Under the pieces are notes generated by a model. That model was not told where the DNA came from. It saw nothing but the letters and a program-made list of their open reading frames with translations, and searched no databases. This document shows positions 48,590 to 60,430 of a stretch of 64,000 bases of DNA, piece by piece. The stretch's first letter is position 1, and the number at the start of each line of letters is the position of its first letter. The stretch comes from Penicillus capitatus. Its lineage: Eukaryota; Plantae; Chlorophyta. The position numbers and the translations under genes were made by a program. The stretch lies in contig OZ287706.1 in NCBI GenBank assembly GCA_965649825.1, positions 620,001-684,000 of the forward strand. Reading direction: 5' to 3'.

Positions 48590-49422
48590 ATGGACGGCGA
48601 TATCGACGCCTTGGAACTCGACAGCTACGACAGTGATGACGAATGGACTCGAAACTTTGAAGCGCTGGTAGACGCACGCGAAGAACGCACGGACACGAAG
48701 CGTCGACGCATGGAGAGTCCACGCCAGGAGGAAGACTCGTCGATGCAGTGGACGACGAACGTACGTACGCTGAGGGTAACATCGCAAACGGCGAGTGGTG
48801 TGATACTAGATGGACGGGATTCCTGGACCAACACATCATGTGTCTGGGGAAATGGGACGCCTAGTGTCTGCTGATCGTGAAAGAAACGACAAGGGTTTCA
48901 CGAAAACAGCGTCTTGGACGAGGGCCGTCCGAGAACTGACATGCGGTGTGGTAATGTGTTGCGTTCGACGTGATGTGACGTCGGATGTGTGACCAGATGA
49001 AGGCTTTGTGCAGAAACTGGTGAGCGTGCATCAGATTCTGGACAGGATCGTTGTCGAGAAGGCTCCAGCTGTGCGGCTACTCTTTGCTGCCGAACGCTCT
49101 CACTCTTTTTGGCGATTAGATGTGCGTTTGGTTGGCAAGCGTAACGCCGAATGGCAAAGGATCTGCTTACGCTTACCTGCGTGACGAATCCGGAGAGATA
49201 GGCGGAGCGATCTGCACAGAAGTGTTCGATCATTTTCCCGAAGTCACAGAAGGATCGACGCTGTTGCTCAGACAGGTCGGTTTTTTTCTCTCACTCTTTT
49301 CTCACTCCTGTCCCTTTAGGTTCCCCTCTTCGCCACGCCACTAGGTGACGTGAGCTTCGTTCTCAGACCGGAGTCTATTCAAAAGGTAAAAGATCACTCA
49401 CGCACCTCACAACACGCTGTGT
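48590..49422 (+). CDS. HROB/DUF4539 OB-fold protein-like
   Basis: AYLRDESGEIGGAICTEVFDHFPEVTEGSTLLLRQV resembles the DUF4539 core. Confidence 0.55.
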
Positions 49423-49721
49423 GATGGGACTTGTGTGAGGCAGGTCTTTGCGGATGGTGATGAATAAGACAGGTGAAAGAAGGAGGGATCAATTTCGTTG
49501 CATCACTCATGTACGTAAAAGAAAGCATTCGAGCCAAGAAGCTGAATTCTCTGTTGTGTTTACCTAATGTCATTGCACTCATTTGTATCAAGTCTTTTGA
49601 TCGGCATGCCTTTACTGTTGCCGCTGTTGTGTTGGATGTTACGCCTGTCTCCAGGCTGTAAAGCTCATGGGCAAATTCTTACAGACAAACGTCACATCAT
49701 CTCGCGTCGCCTCGTTCGTAC

Positions 49722-50220
49722 ATGGCAGCTTCCAGTTGGTCGCGCATACGACCTGTCGTCGTCTATGCTGGCGGCGTGGTTCTTGCAGGAGCGACGCTCT
49801 GGTCATTGGGTGAAGCGATCAGCAGCTCCGTGACGCACTCTTACTGTCGAAGGTAGTCCGCTCGTCTCCAGAATGGAAACTGAAGGAGACTGTCTCAGTC
49901 AGGCCATACGTTACCTCGACGCGAATGCCGCTTTTCAGGAATGGCTGGGCCTGCCGGTCGTTCCAGGTGCCTGGTACAATGATTCGATCGCTTTCTCGCA
50001 CCAAGGTCACATCGCCAAGTGTGACATTCGATTCGATGGCACGAAACGCAGCTCGGATGTGATCGTACGCGTCATCCGCGACCCAGGCTGGCCATCGACC
50101 GTCCTCTACAACATCTTAGGCGACCGACGGTGGAAAGTGCTGTCGTGCGAAGCGATGACAATCGATCGAGGCGGCCGAGCGCAGCGCATGGAACTGCAGC
50201 CTCCAGAAGGCGAGGCATAG
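49722..50220 (+). CDS. Coa1-domain mitochondrial inner-membrane protein-like
   Basis: N-terminal TM helix then LGLPVVPGAWYNDSIAFSHQGH. Confidence 0.55.
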
Positions 50221-50331
50221 AGAAGAGAGCGAGAACGTTGTCCGTCACATTTTTAGATGACCAAACGTCACTGTCAGTACAGCAGTATAAGGAATAGTAG
50301 TTTCATTCATCACCCAAAGCCGGTTCCCGTT

Positions 50332-51019
50332 TTAGACCACGGGTGGATACTTGAGAGCTTGTTGACGCACAGTTTCAAAGTACTTGCTTCTGTTCGTATT
50401 GAGCATCGTGAACGCCTCGGATTGAGCAGGACTGTTGAGATTGGGCTCGCTCAGCAATTCCTACAGATAACAATATTCTTTCGATGTGACACGCCAGGCA
50501 GGATCTCACCCGAATGCCGACGAGGATCTGCTTCACCGTCAGAGAGGGACGCCACGCCTCCTCCTAACGAATGGCCCGATTGCACGAAGAGTGATACAAA
50601 AGAGTGAGCAGCGCACTTCGTTGAGGATGCTCAGGCAGACAGTGCCGGAAGGATAGACATTCGGATGAAAGAACCCTTCGGGAAACTTGCACTGCCACAC
50701 ACGGAAAGGTGCTTTTAGTAAGACGCCCAGCCTCAAGGCGTTCGGACTTTGGGCGGACGGGTTGGGTACTCATCAGGAAATTCCATTCGAAGGGGATAGA
50801 ATCCGTTTTCCCACGGCGTTCCAGGTTTGCCGGGAATTCGGCAAATCCAGCAGGCGAGGTTGACAGTTCTGAAGTGAAGCCAGGGGAGAAAAGGAGTGGG
50901 TCTGTTTTGCCTCACTGGTCCGGTCGTCTTTCTGGACGCGCGTGGTATCCGAACGGCTTGTCTTTGCGCCAGTTCTTGCGCTCTTCTACGAGCCGAGCCT
51001 GCGCCACCTCGGAGGCCAT
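50332..51019 (-). CDS. UBC9: SUMO-conjugating enzyme
   Basis: [17 protein letters not shown]; [17 protein letters not shown]; [12 protein letters not shown]. Confidence 0.95.
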
Positions 51020-51453
51020 CCTTCTCGAATAGATGGTTTGGTGGCACGAAGAATAAATGACGAAATCGCGTCATTATCTGCCTCGTCTATCATGACGCAT
51101 ACCCACCTACTCCTCCACGCTGTGAAATCTACCGCCAGCGCGGGCGCCGATCAAACACGCCGCGCAATGCAGAACTGAAGAGAGTGAGACAGTGACCGAG
51201 TACATGGACGCCATTCCAGAGATCAGGCACAAGGACAGGACATCGCAACGCGAGGCGTCGTGGAGAGAGAGCATAGAAGACGTCTCTGTCGACCGTTCGC
51301 TGTTTTAACGTATCTCATTTAGAAAGTGTGACTTCATTTACATAAAAACAGTTCGTGGCCTTTATGGAGCGTGACAAGGACGTGGTAACGCCGTATGCAC
51401 AGCAGAGCATGAGAACTCCATCGACAGGACGAAGTGGGGCGCGATCTCGATCG

Positions 51454-52047
51454 TTATGCGAGTGGCTGCTTCACTTTCGCGTCCTCGATCATGTCGGCCG
51501 TGATCGGCATCATGACTTGACACATAAAACCGTATAGGTGCTTCCACGCTTCTGTCGTTTCCTCGTCCATTCGATCGCCCAATGCCTCTTTCAGTGCTTT
51601 CAAGAGCGTGTCGCCGACGGCGCTGTAATGCTCGAGCTCGGTATGATAGGCGTGATGTCTTCGCCCCAACTTCGTCAAATCGTCGACCAATGCCGACATG
51701 TCTTTGTCCAGAAGATCGGTCGATCTCTGCAACATGGAGAACAACATACGCGGCTGCGTCTTCGGATTTTTGAACAGCGGACGCAGCGTGGGATAGTTTC
51801 CGAACAGCAGTTCATAGAATCGCTGCGGAAAGTAGTCATCGCTCTTGTCGACGAGTCCAGGGGCTGTTCGGTCGACGACGGATGCAAAGGAAGACTGGAT
51901 GAGCGCCACACGTTCCGGTGTCAGGTCGGGTTCGTCAACGAGGTAGTCTGGATAGCAGGTCCGCCACGATTCGGTGGTAGCAGGTCTGGCAGAAACTGGT
52001 CTCGTGCGCCGCCCTCTGGTCAACAGCGGGTTCGAAACGCAGGCCAT
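51454..52047 (-). CDS. Single-domain 3/3 globin with transit-peptide-like N-terminus, intronless
   Basis: RFYELLF (Tyr B10), PLF (CD1), TQPRML (Gln E7), LGRRH (His F8), HYSAVGDTLL...AW. Confidence 0.85.
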   Translation of the reverse strand: MACVSNPLLTRGRRTRPVSARPATTESWRTCYPDYLVDEPDLTPERVALIQSSFASVVDRTAPGLVDKSDDYFPQRFYELLFGNYPTLRPLFKNPKTQPRMLFSMLQRSTDLLDKDMSALVDDLTKLGRRHHAYHTELEHYSAVGDTLLKALKEALGDRMDEETTEAWKHLYGFMCQVMMPITADMIEDAKVKQPLA

Positions 52048-52657
52048 GTTCGTGGGTCGGGTGCCTTGGGGAAAAACGATGCCTCTTCGCATGGTGTTCT
52101 CAGACTGTCTGGTGCATTCGGGATCCGCATCGTGGGAATTTATCGTGCGTATGACGGATGCGGCGGGAAGGTACAGCGCGGATCGGTCGTGAATCGTTCA
52201 TTTTTGACCGCGTATAGCTTCGCGCCTTGGTCCCGATACGCACCTGGCATCACAAGCCACTAGAATCTGCCAGCGTGTAGAGACACGTGCCCCCTCGCAG
52301 CGCCCTTTCGCGAAGTCACATGAAAGGGCAACTCGGACGGAGGGGGTCGACTCCGAGGCGGAATCTCTGCGTCGGCTGAAAGTAAAAGCACACAAACGCT
52401 CGGGGTCGTCCCCTCTAGACAGCGAAGACCCCCAGGCGGCTCGTTCGTCGAAGGCGTCGGCGATTTGGCTAGACTTGCAGGAAAGAAAGTCTGCCCTCCG
52501 TGTACTGAAGCACGCCTGTCTCGGTCCTGGGGACGAGGCCATGTGGACGAAGAGGCACTTGGCGCGTGCCACAGGCCTTCTTAAACAGCGGTCTACTCGA
52601 AAAGCATCATCTTCGGAAGACATTGCCAAGAAGGGCATTGTGTGAGAACTCAGTTCT

Positions 52658-53296
52658 CTACTTTGTCATGGCAATGGCATCGATTTCGACCTTGGCGTTA
52701 AGGGGGAGTCCTTTCACAGAATAGGCCACACGCGCCGGCGGATCTTCTGCGAAGTACTTGGCTGGACAGCGCGGGTTGTCTCATGTATCACAGGCGACAA
52801 GGGAGATACCGTAGACGGCGTTGACTTCCTTGAAGTCTTCGATCTCTGCCAGTAGCAGAGTCGTCTTCACGACGTTGTCGAACGACGTCCCTGCTGCTTC
52901 GAGAATGGCTCCCATGTTCTTCATCGCCTGATCTGTCTGCTCAGCAGGACTCTGCGAAATCAGCTTGCCCGTCTAGAATCAAGAGGCCGTCGCGAGTGGA
53001 CGGCATGAAGGACGATGCGTTCGACATTGGGGACGATTCCCAACTGACCGCCAACGAACAGCAGCTTGTCTGCCTTCATCCCTTGGGAGTAGGCGCCAAT
53101 CGGCGTCGGCGCTTTGGTCGTTTGTACAGTCTCGCGTCCTGCACGCTGTGTTCAAAGGCCGGACGCGTGAAGGCGAATTCCGCGCACCTGTGTTGCGCAC
53201 TTTGCTCGCGCAGACACGCAGCGCATGTCGATTTCGAACGCCACGTGGACATCGCGCCCTTACGAACACGCTGTTTCCCTTTAGTGCCGTTCGCAT
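52658..53296 (-). CDS. ridA: RidA/YjgF imine deaminase, paralog 2 (organelle-targeted)
   Basis: MRTALKG...transit peptide; PTPIGAYSQG, GGQLG, PPARVAY...VEIDAIA. Confidence 0.9.
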
Positions 53297-53381
53297 TGCG
53301 TGCCGCGTCAGATTGAATATCGACGACGGGCGGTGTACGAGGTGGAATGCTTGAATGAAACGAGATGGATACAGGAATCGA

Positions 53382-54097
53382 TCAAAAGAGGTCCGCAAAG
53401 GCCGTGGATACATCAGAGGCATCTCTGGAGCGCGATTTCCAAGTGTGACGATCGAAGTCCCTCGATTCTCTGAAATCGAATTCGATCTCTTCTTCCCCCT
53501 CATCATCATCTTCCTCGGCTCCCATCAGATCATGAGTCTGGAAACAGAAACGTCTGCCTGGTTGTTAGGCGCGGAGACTGCTTCGTGCCTTGTGCGTGAT
53601 CTCGTACTCACTGTCCAAGATGAATCGCACTTCTGGCACGCGTTTGAGTGAGATCTTCTTCGCGATGACGCTTCGTACGTAACTGGCATGAGTGTCTCAA
53701 CGAGAGGTCGATGTGTAAGAAGCTTACGGCTGGAGTTTAACGAGGCGATCCCACGTGTCGTATGATTCCGCCTCATCCTCATCATCCGCTCCAATTCGAT
53801 AGAGCGAGATGTAGATCTTGGCCACTTGGAGATCGTTCGAGACGACGACGTCCTTCACCGTCGCGATCTCATCCAGTTCCAAATCGGCCGCAGCGCCCAC
53901 CAGACCTCCTGACATTACCTGTGCCACGACGATGCTTCAGAAGGAAGGCGTAAGCCTCCCACACCTACCTTGTCCGTGGACAGCAGCTTGGAGACTTCGC
54001 GGTTGATCTGTCTAGAGACTCGAGCAACACGAAGAGGCGATGCCATGCAGGTCGGCAGGGTGCGGCTTCCAGCGACGCTGCGCAAAACGAAGCTCAT
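53382..54097 (-). CDS. rbfA: Plastid ribosome-binding factor A
   Basis: MASPLRVARVSRQINREVS; DVVVSNDLQVAKIYIS; YVRSVIAKKISLKRVPEVRF; acidic tail. Confidence 0.85.
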
Positions 54098-54469
54098 CGC
54101 GTAACGTCGGCGCGCGCACCGTTCGAGCACCGAAGGCCGCAACGTCCTTCCGACGCCCCTGCAGATTTGACTGCATCTCTGACTTCGAAGCGAACGAAAC
54201 GTCTCCCGCCTTCGCCATATCCGTGTCCCACATGGACATTGACGTGTTCAACCATCCAGCCCGTGGCGAAGATGCCCCTGAGCATCACCGGTATTAGACT
54301 CTAAGCTTACTCAAGCACCGCATCAGGCAGCTCGGCTCGTCCTCTCGACCGGAGTACGATTGCTAAACATGCACGTCACATCAGATTCCGATGACGCCTC
54401 AGTGGACGTCGCACGTGAAGAAGGAAGAGGATCTTGATCCTCTCTTTGGGAAATCTTCTTCGCCGCCCT

Positions 54470-54835
54470 TCAAGGCGTCCAGAACTGCAGAAAGGTCCCG
54501 ATTAAGATTCTCAGCCTGTCGCAGTATCTTGTCGCATTCGGGAAGTAGCGCTGTTCTTTGATAGACTGATAGACATCCTCCAACGTCTTCCGTGGAGTAT
54601 CCTCATCCCTGTTCATCCTTGTGTTATACGGGTGAACTGATCTAGTATCATTTATGACTCCAGGCGCGTGCAGATCGGTATTCGGCACGGTGATCGAATA
54701 GGCCAAAGTGTGCACCGAATCCTCGCTCTTGAAGGGGGAGTCTTGATAGTCGAAGAAGACCTTGCTGAACTTGCTCAATACACGGATAGCGCATTCTCTC
54801 TTTGTTGCATTGCTTACCCTGAGAGCGTATGGCAA
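54470..54835 (-). pseudogene. Decayed Sec7 (Arf-GEF) domain fragment
   Basis: SEDSVHTLAYSITVPNTDLHAPGV...LEDVYQSIK; lacks the upstream FRLPGE catalytic motif and any flanking exons. Confidence 0.6.
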
Positions 54836-55189
54836 GGATATTTACGCTTACTTGTGTGGACATACAATTCGACTTTCAAGTTTATAGTTGTTCGTCTTGG
54901 TATCTCGCGGACATTCGCCACTTTGCAACAGACACAAAAAAGCGTGTGTGACCTACTCGCATGAAAACCTCCAAAAATAGCTCGACGCAGGCCACTTTTA
55001 TGGTCTCTCCTTCTATTGTTGAAGAAGAAGTCATCGCGTGTCAGAATACACCTTTAGGAGTGAACGGAGACGTTTTGAATTCGGAGAGATGAAAGAACGG
55101 ACAGGATCCTGCAAAGGTTGTCAACAGTCGTCGCGTTCGTGCGTCTTTAGGCGTCAGAGTCGCTGTTTAAGAACGGCAGTCAGACTTCA

Positions 55190-55627
55190 AAGTCGTCGAC
55201 AAGAGTCGTCAGCAAAGTCGTCACGGACGCACGGAAGGAGGCGAAGTGGCACCAGAGTCGTCAGCGAAGTCGTCACCTGTGGGCATACGATGGGGTCGGC
55301 AACTTCTCGACCGTGGGGATCGACCCGTATGCGGATGGTGCAGTTGGCCAGTTCGAGAAGTACGACCGCGGGGGTTCGATTCCTGCGCCGGACACAGAGG
55401 AGGGTAGTCCCATCAGAGTTGACCCGGATGTGTCTGGCGAGCCCGCGCCGAGTTGGATGGGTTACGGCAGGGAAAGGACAACGTCGAGCCAGTTCGGGGG
55501 CCGACGACGGAGTCACCACCCGGACAAAAACTTTTGTCCTCTTGCCTTTCGATTCTTCTCTCCGCCGAACACAGAGCTGTAAAGAGTTCTTTCGTATCCG
55601 TCACGTGCGCCACCGTCGCGTATCGCT
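55190..55627 (+). mobile_element. Dispersed tRNA/5S-like composite element, copy 2
   Basis: A box 55336-55347, B box 55373-55383, TCCCATCAGA 55408-55417. Confidence 0.65.
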
Positions 55628-57358
55628 CAACGTAGTTGTTTGCTCGTTTGATCCTACTCTGTTCTTAGTTTACAGGCGTCCTGTTGTATAGCAACTTCCG
55701 GGGTTAGACGAATCAATGCGAAGACGTAGTTCTAGCTGTGTCGCCTCGTTGAATGCGCTCGCAGCCGTGTGTCCCCTGAATGACCGTAAAGCGAGTTTCA
55801 CGATATCTTTTTTGCGCAGCCTGCCCATGCTAGTATGGATGGTTTCCGGCATTCAACTTCTTCTCTTATCCAAACGAGCAAACGCAGTCCTCGAGAAGAA
55901 TCTCGCTACAGCAGCAGAAAGAAAGGATTCTGGCGTATGATCAATCAACAGACGTAGTAGACGAAGAAGCTTTTCGCCTGTTGCCGTTAAAAGCCACGGA
56001 AAGACCACTTTTGCCTTACAGACTGAGGGAAAAAGATGTCGACAGTGCTACTCGTTTCGCGTGCACACGTGACTACCGGCCACCAGAGGTCGGACAGTGA
56101 AGGAGAAGTGTGACAAACCGCAATGCTTTGGATATGGGCCTCATCGAGGCTCCACTTTGAGCCAGCTGCAGTCGCCACGCAAGCCTGCTTTGTGGATTCT
56201 GCTTAAACGGATGCCCGAGACAAAGATCTGTTATCTTTGTATCACGCTGGAGTGCGATTGCTGTTTCTTTGTCCTCGCACGATGCGTTTCGAATCTGAGA
56301 TGAACGAGCTGCCGGCAGTCTGAGACGCGAGAATACCGTTAGGCATCCAGAAGAGACGCTTTTCTGACCCCCAGTTGCTCATGCTGCTGTACTTGGCCGT
56401 TTCTTAGCGTCAACTCCGAACATCTACCCCATTCTGCCGATCGAGTGACGACTGAGATGCATAGCTGTCAGTGATGCCTGCTTTGAAGACATGTCTGCAC
56501 TCGCTTGACCTCATGGTGCTCGCCTTCTGTCATCTGGATGTTCCCGGATCCTCCTCTCATCGACCTAGAGGGCCTTGGACCCACCATAGGAATTCCGGCC
56601 AGTGACCAACACGAAGTGCAGGTCGTGCGTGATTTGGCTTGAATTCGCTTCCTCTGTCTACGAGGCCTCTTCGACGGGGGATGGGTCATGTCACCTAGGA
56701 GATACTCTCTTTCTGTCTGTGAGCCTTGCAACAGGCAGCTTCCTATCCCTCGAGTGATGGTGTCGACGCAGACAAAGCATCCATCGCGAAACTGTGAGAA
56801 TCTGTCGCGATTACCATCTGCTCGTGGCGTCGTGCTGCATTACACGGCACGGTGCCTTTCTCATACCTGCTCGACTGAGAGATCGCACACGAGAGTAGAC
56901 GACAGAAACTGCTCGAATTGGAGGATTTCCACGTGAGCGGCATTGTTTAAGTGCATTCTCCTACGAGCATTCGACTGAAGCGGACCTCAAAGCAGGTCCC
57001 GCGGCAGCCGCTGATCATTGACTTTCCTGCAAGGGGAATGGATTGCCAAGTTTGCAGTAGAGGATATCTTTTTAATTTTAGCGAGAATGGGAGAAAGACT
57101 TAAAATTTAGTGTTCGTTAAAGCTTAGTGTTCGTTACGGACAGTCACAATGAAAATGTGCTCTTCTTATAGCCATAACCACACAAATATCGTTCTCTTCA
57201 AAAAAGCAAAACGGCGGCCATTGAAGAAACGTGTGAGTGAGTAGGTACGTCTAGTGATTTATTCTAACAGCGATCGGATGGAATGTTCGACCGTTAGACA
57301 CATCAAAGGCATAACAAGCGCAGTAGTCGGTGGTGGAGTTCAATACTGTCTCGCGTGG

Positions 57359-58456
57359 TCACACTTGCGAAGAAGGATGCACTTGACGATTCTTAGAGAA
57401 ACGTTGGTGGTAACGCAGGAGCAAGATGAAGACAAAGACACAAATCCAAACTGGAAGGACGATGACGCAAGCCAACACCCCTCCCCAGATCACAACACCC
57501 ACCAGCCATGGCATACAGAGCAACGCCGTCATGCACAGAATCCTGATCAGCTGACCGCGGAAGTTTTTGTGAACCGGATTCAGAAAAAGAAACGCAATGG
57601 GACATCCGCCTGGCACGAGCACACACAAGAACACGACTCTCTCGCACTGCTCGTTCTCTCGTAGCTCATTGTCAGATGGATTTCGGATGAGGCAGCCGAT
57701 GAGCAGCAGGAAGAAGAGTCCGAGACCGCCGCCAATAACAACACCGATCTCGACGCTGCACCATCCACCGTCATGCGCGGCGCAGCGGATCATGGACCTC
57801 TCACGGCATTCCCAGTGCTCACAGAAGTGCTTTCCTCTCTCGAAGCACTCGCAGACGGAAGACTCGATCTCCAGACTGGAGGAGATGTTGCCTTTCCAGC
57901 GATAGCAGTACTCTCCAGTGGCGTCCTCCTCCAGACACTGGTAGTCTTCTTCCTCGGAGTAGCCCGTCGAGCTGTCATCTCTGCACGACCACTCGGAACA
58001 GTACCTCTGGTTCGGTGCCGGAGAATCGCAAGCACACGTCAATGTGTCATTGAGGTAGAGATCCACGCAAACGCTTGAGTCGCCTTTCGACCTGCAGTCG
58101 GCACCCTTGTCGATATGCGTCGTCTCGCACTGCCAGCGATGGCAATAGGGCAGCTCTGTCTGAGCACAGGTGCAGTTACCGTATTCTCTCTTCCTTCGAT
58201 TCTCTTCGTGCATCGACCAGTCGAGGCAGTGACTGCTGGTGTGCTCGAGGCAGCGATAGACCTCTGCCTCCGTGTTGCTGGCGACACGCCACAGACCTCC
58301 CCTGTAGACGCCTGACTCCGTGTAGTACCCGGCTTCACGTTTCATGCGGTTCCATGATTGCAGGCCTTCGTTCAAATCGTGAACTGTCTCGCTGAACACT
58401 CCCAGTGCCGTCGCAAGAAAACAACCCGCAATGCAGAAGCTTCTCGACGATGCCAT
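57359..58456 (-). CDS. Intronless membrane protein with Cys/Trp repeat ectodomain
   Basis: Signal peptide MASSRSFCIAGCFLATALG, five C-x7-9-C-x2-W units, then hydrophobic helices. Confidence 0.7.
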   Translation of the reverse strand: MASSRSFCIAGCFLATALGVFSETVHDLNEGLQSWNRMKREAGYYTESGVYRGGLWRVASNTEAEVYRCLEHTSSHCLDWSMHEENRRKREYGNCTCAQTELPYCHRWQCETTHIDKGADCRSKGDSSVCVDLYLNDTLTCACDSPAPNQRYCSEWSCRDDSSTGYSEEEDYQCLEEDATGEYCYRWKGNISSSLEIESSVCECFERGKHFCEHWECRERSMIRCAAHDGGWCSVEIGVVIGGGLGLFFLLLIGCLIRNPSDNELRENEQCERVVFLCVLVPGGCPIAFLFLNPVHKNFRGQLIRILCMTALLCMPWLVGVVIWGGVLACVIVLPVWICVFVFILLLRYHQRFSKNRQVHPSSQV

Positions 58457-60430
58457 CGGCTCAGAACGTATTGCTGACTGTGGGACCTCACGCACTGCAA
58501 CCATGCATCTCTCGCACAAAGGCCAATGGAGTCATCTTCCGCAACGAACGCCAATGGGGTCATGAAAATGACGTCGACTGTTAGCTTCAATAGGAGAGGA
58601 TTTTCGAGGATGAGGCGAGAAGAGGTCATACCTGCGACTGTAGGAACATCGACTGACAAGACGTCTCTTCCATTCTGGCATAGAGCTGCGTTCGCTACTC
58701 AGAGCCGAGTGGCAGTTCCTGAGGGAGAGATTCAAAAGCACGAGATCGACCACATCGAAACGACACGAACGATTGGCCAATCGATTGTGCGATATGGTCC
58801 AGGTCGAGTCGTACGACAAAGGCAGGCATGGAGTGCTTCGTGACCACCGCCTGAAAATCTCGTCATGACTATTGGCGAAATAGATGACTCGATGGAACGT
58901 CGCCGCAGCGTGTAGCCGTTTTCCAAGTCGCTTGTGCCATTTTTATCCCTATGTCGACCTCACGCCGACTCTTCGTTTTGCTGCTGCTGTGCCTCTTGCT
59001 GCTGTCGTCGACCGTCTACTGTCGACGTCCGTTATACATCTCCCGCGACGTGCTCACTTTGGCTCTTCATGTTCTGCAGGTAGCAGTCGTTCCACGACAA
59101 GACGGGCACGTTATATTCCGCCTCGAAAAACATACGTGCACCAAACGGAGGAAGACACAGAGCCCAGTCCGAGCGTCAAAAACGAAACCGCTTCCTTCAC
59201 GTCTCCACGCATCGATGAGAACATCATCATCGGAGGCGCGTTCAAGAGTCGCAGAACACCACCCCCTTCAATGGATTCTCGTCGTTGGGGGACGATTCGC
59301 AAAGGTGCGCTTGAATCTGCTAGGTCGTTCTGAAGGAAATGGGAGACATGAGTTTGTGCTGTGGGCAGTCGAAGAGAGGTTCGAAAAGCCCAACACAGAG
59401 TCGATGGGACACATGACTCCGCACTAGAATTCGCTCCCAACACAACTGAGTATTCTGCATTACTCCCGTTTTCTTTGCTGTCTTCCATTATCTGTCTGAC
59501 ATTTACGTCTAGTCTCGGTCGGCATCCTTAAGGGATGCTGACACGAACATCCTTAAGTTGGCTTTCTCCAGGTGATTTGTCTGTTTGCGCACGTATAGAA
59601 AACATTACTTCGCCATGAAAACGTCAAATCGTGCTCATAAGTTTTTCTTGTGAGACAACTGTTCGCAAAGAAGAGGTTCCACCTCAGATGCGGCGAATCT
59701 TGTAAACCCCATACTTTCCTTTTAAAAAGCTCACTATGTCCTTATATTGTGTCCCCGCACAAAGATTGAAATTGGCAGTTGATGTGACTGCTATCGTCGG
59801 CCATCGTTGCGTTCTGCTCGTCGTCTTTTCGTTGATGGGACAGACGAGTGTCAAGCGGAAGCGTGCTCAAGAGAGTTCTTCACAAACAGTAAAAATCCAA
59901 CTCACAAGAACTGCAAAAGCGCATCACCCGACTAGACCAAGTGCATTTTGTGCAGTAAGAAGAGCTGTTTTATGTTGGATTATGCAGAAGGAAAGAATAA
60001 GACCAAGTTTCCAGTGAGCATCTTCTCTAGGAGAGAGATACAGAAAACGATCGACAGAGGTGTCGCTGCGAATCGTTGACCCAACGTGAGAGAGATGTAC
60101 CCAATGCGTCATTGCTAGTTTCTGTTTAATCCGAACGATGCCCAGCTATATGGGAAGTGAAGTGTAAGGAAACAACTTTGTAAAGATAAACTGTTTAAAA
60201 ACTTTCTGAAGCAAAAAGACATGCTTTGAAGCACACAAGATTGTGGTATTCGTCACCATCTCCAAAGGTTTAGCGTCGTTTCGACACCAGAGGATGTAAC
60301 TCTTCAGCCAACGAGCTGACCATAGAGCCACTAAACTAGAATAGACGGTCACTAGAAAACAGGCCCCGAACAAGGCTACTACGCACATAATAGCGGCTAC
60401 CTACCTGCTCAGAAACCGTTCTTCGATGTG

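Noticed and set aside
58951-59427. Small secreted protein candidate
   Set aside because: Signal-like N-terminus only; downstream frame and splicing are ambiguous.
59521-59558. GCATCC-TTAAG-GGATGC palindrome with repeated CATCCTTAAG
   Set aside because: Single short occurrence, compatible with a local templated insertion or chance.
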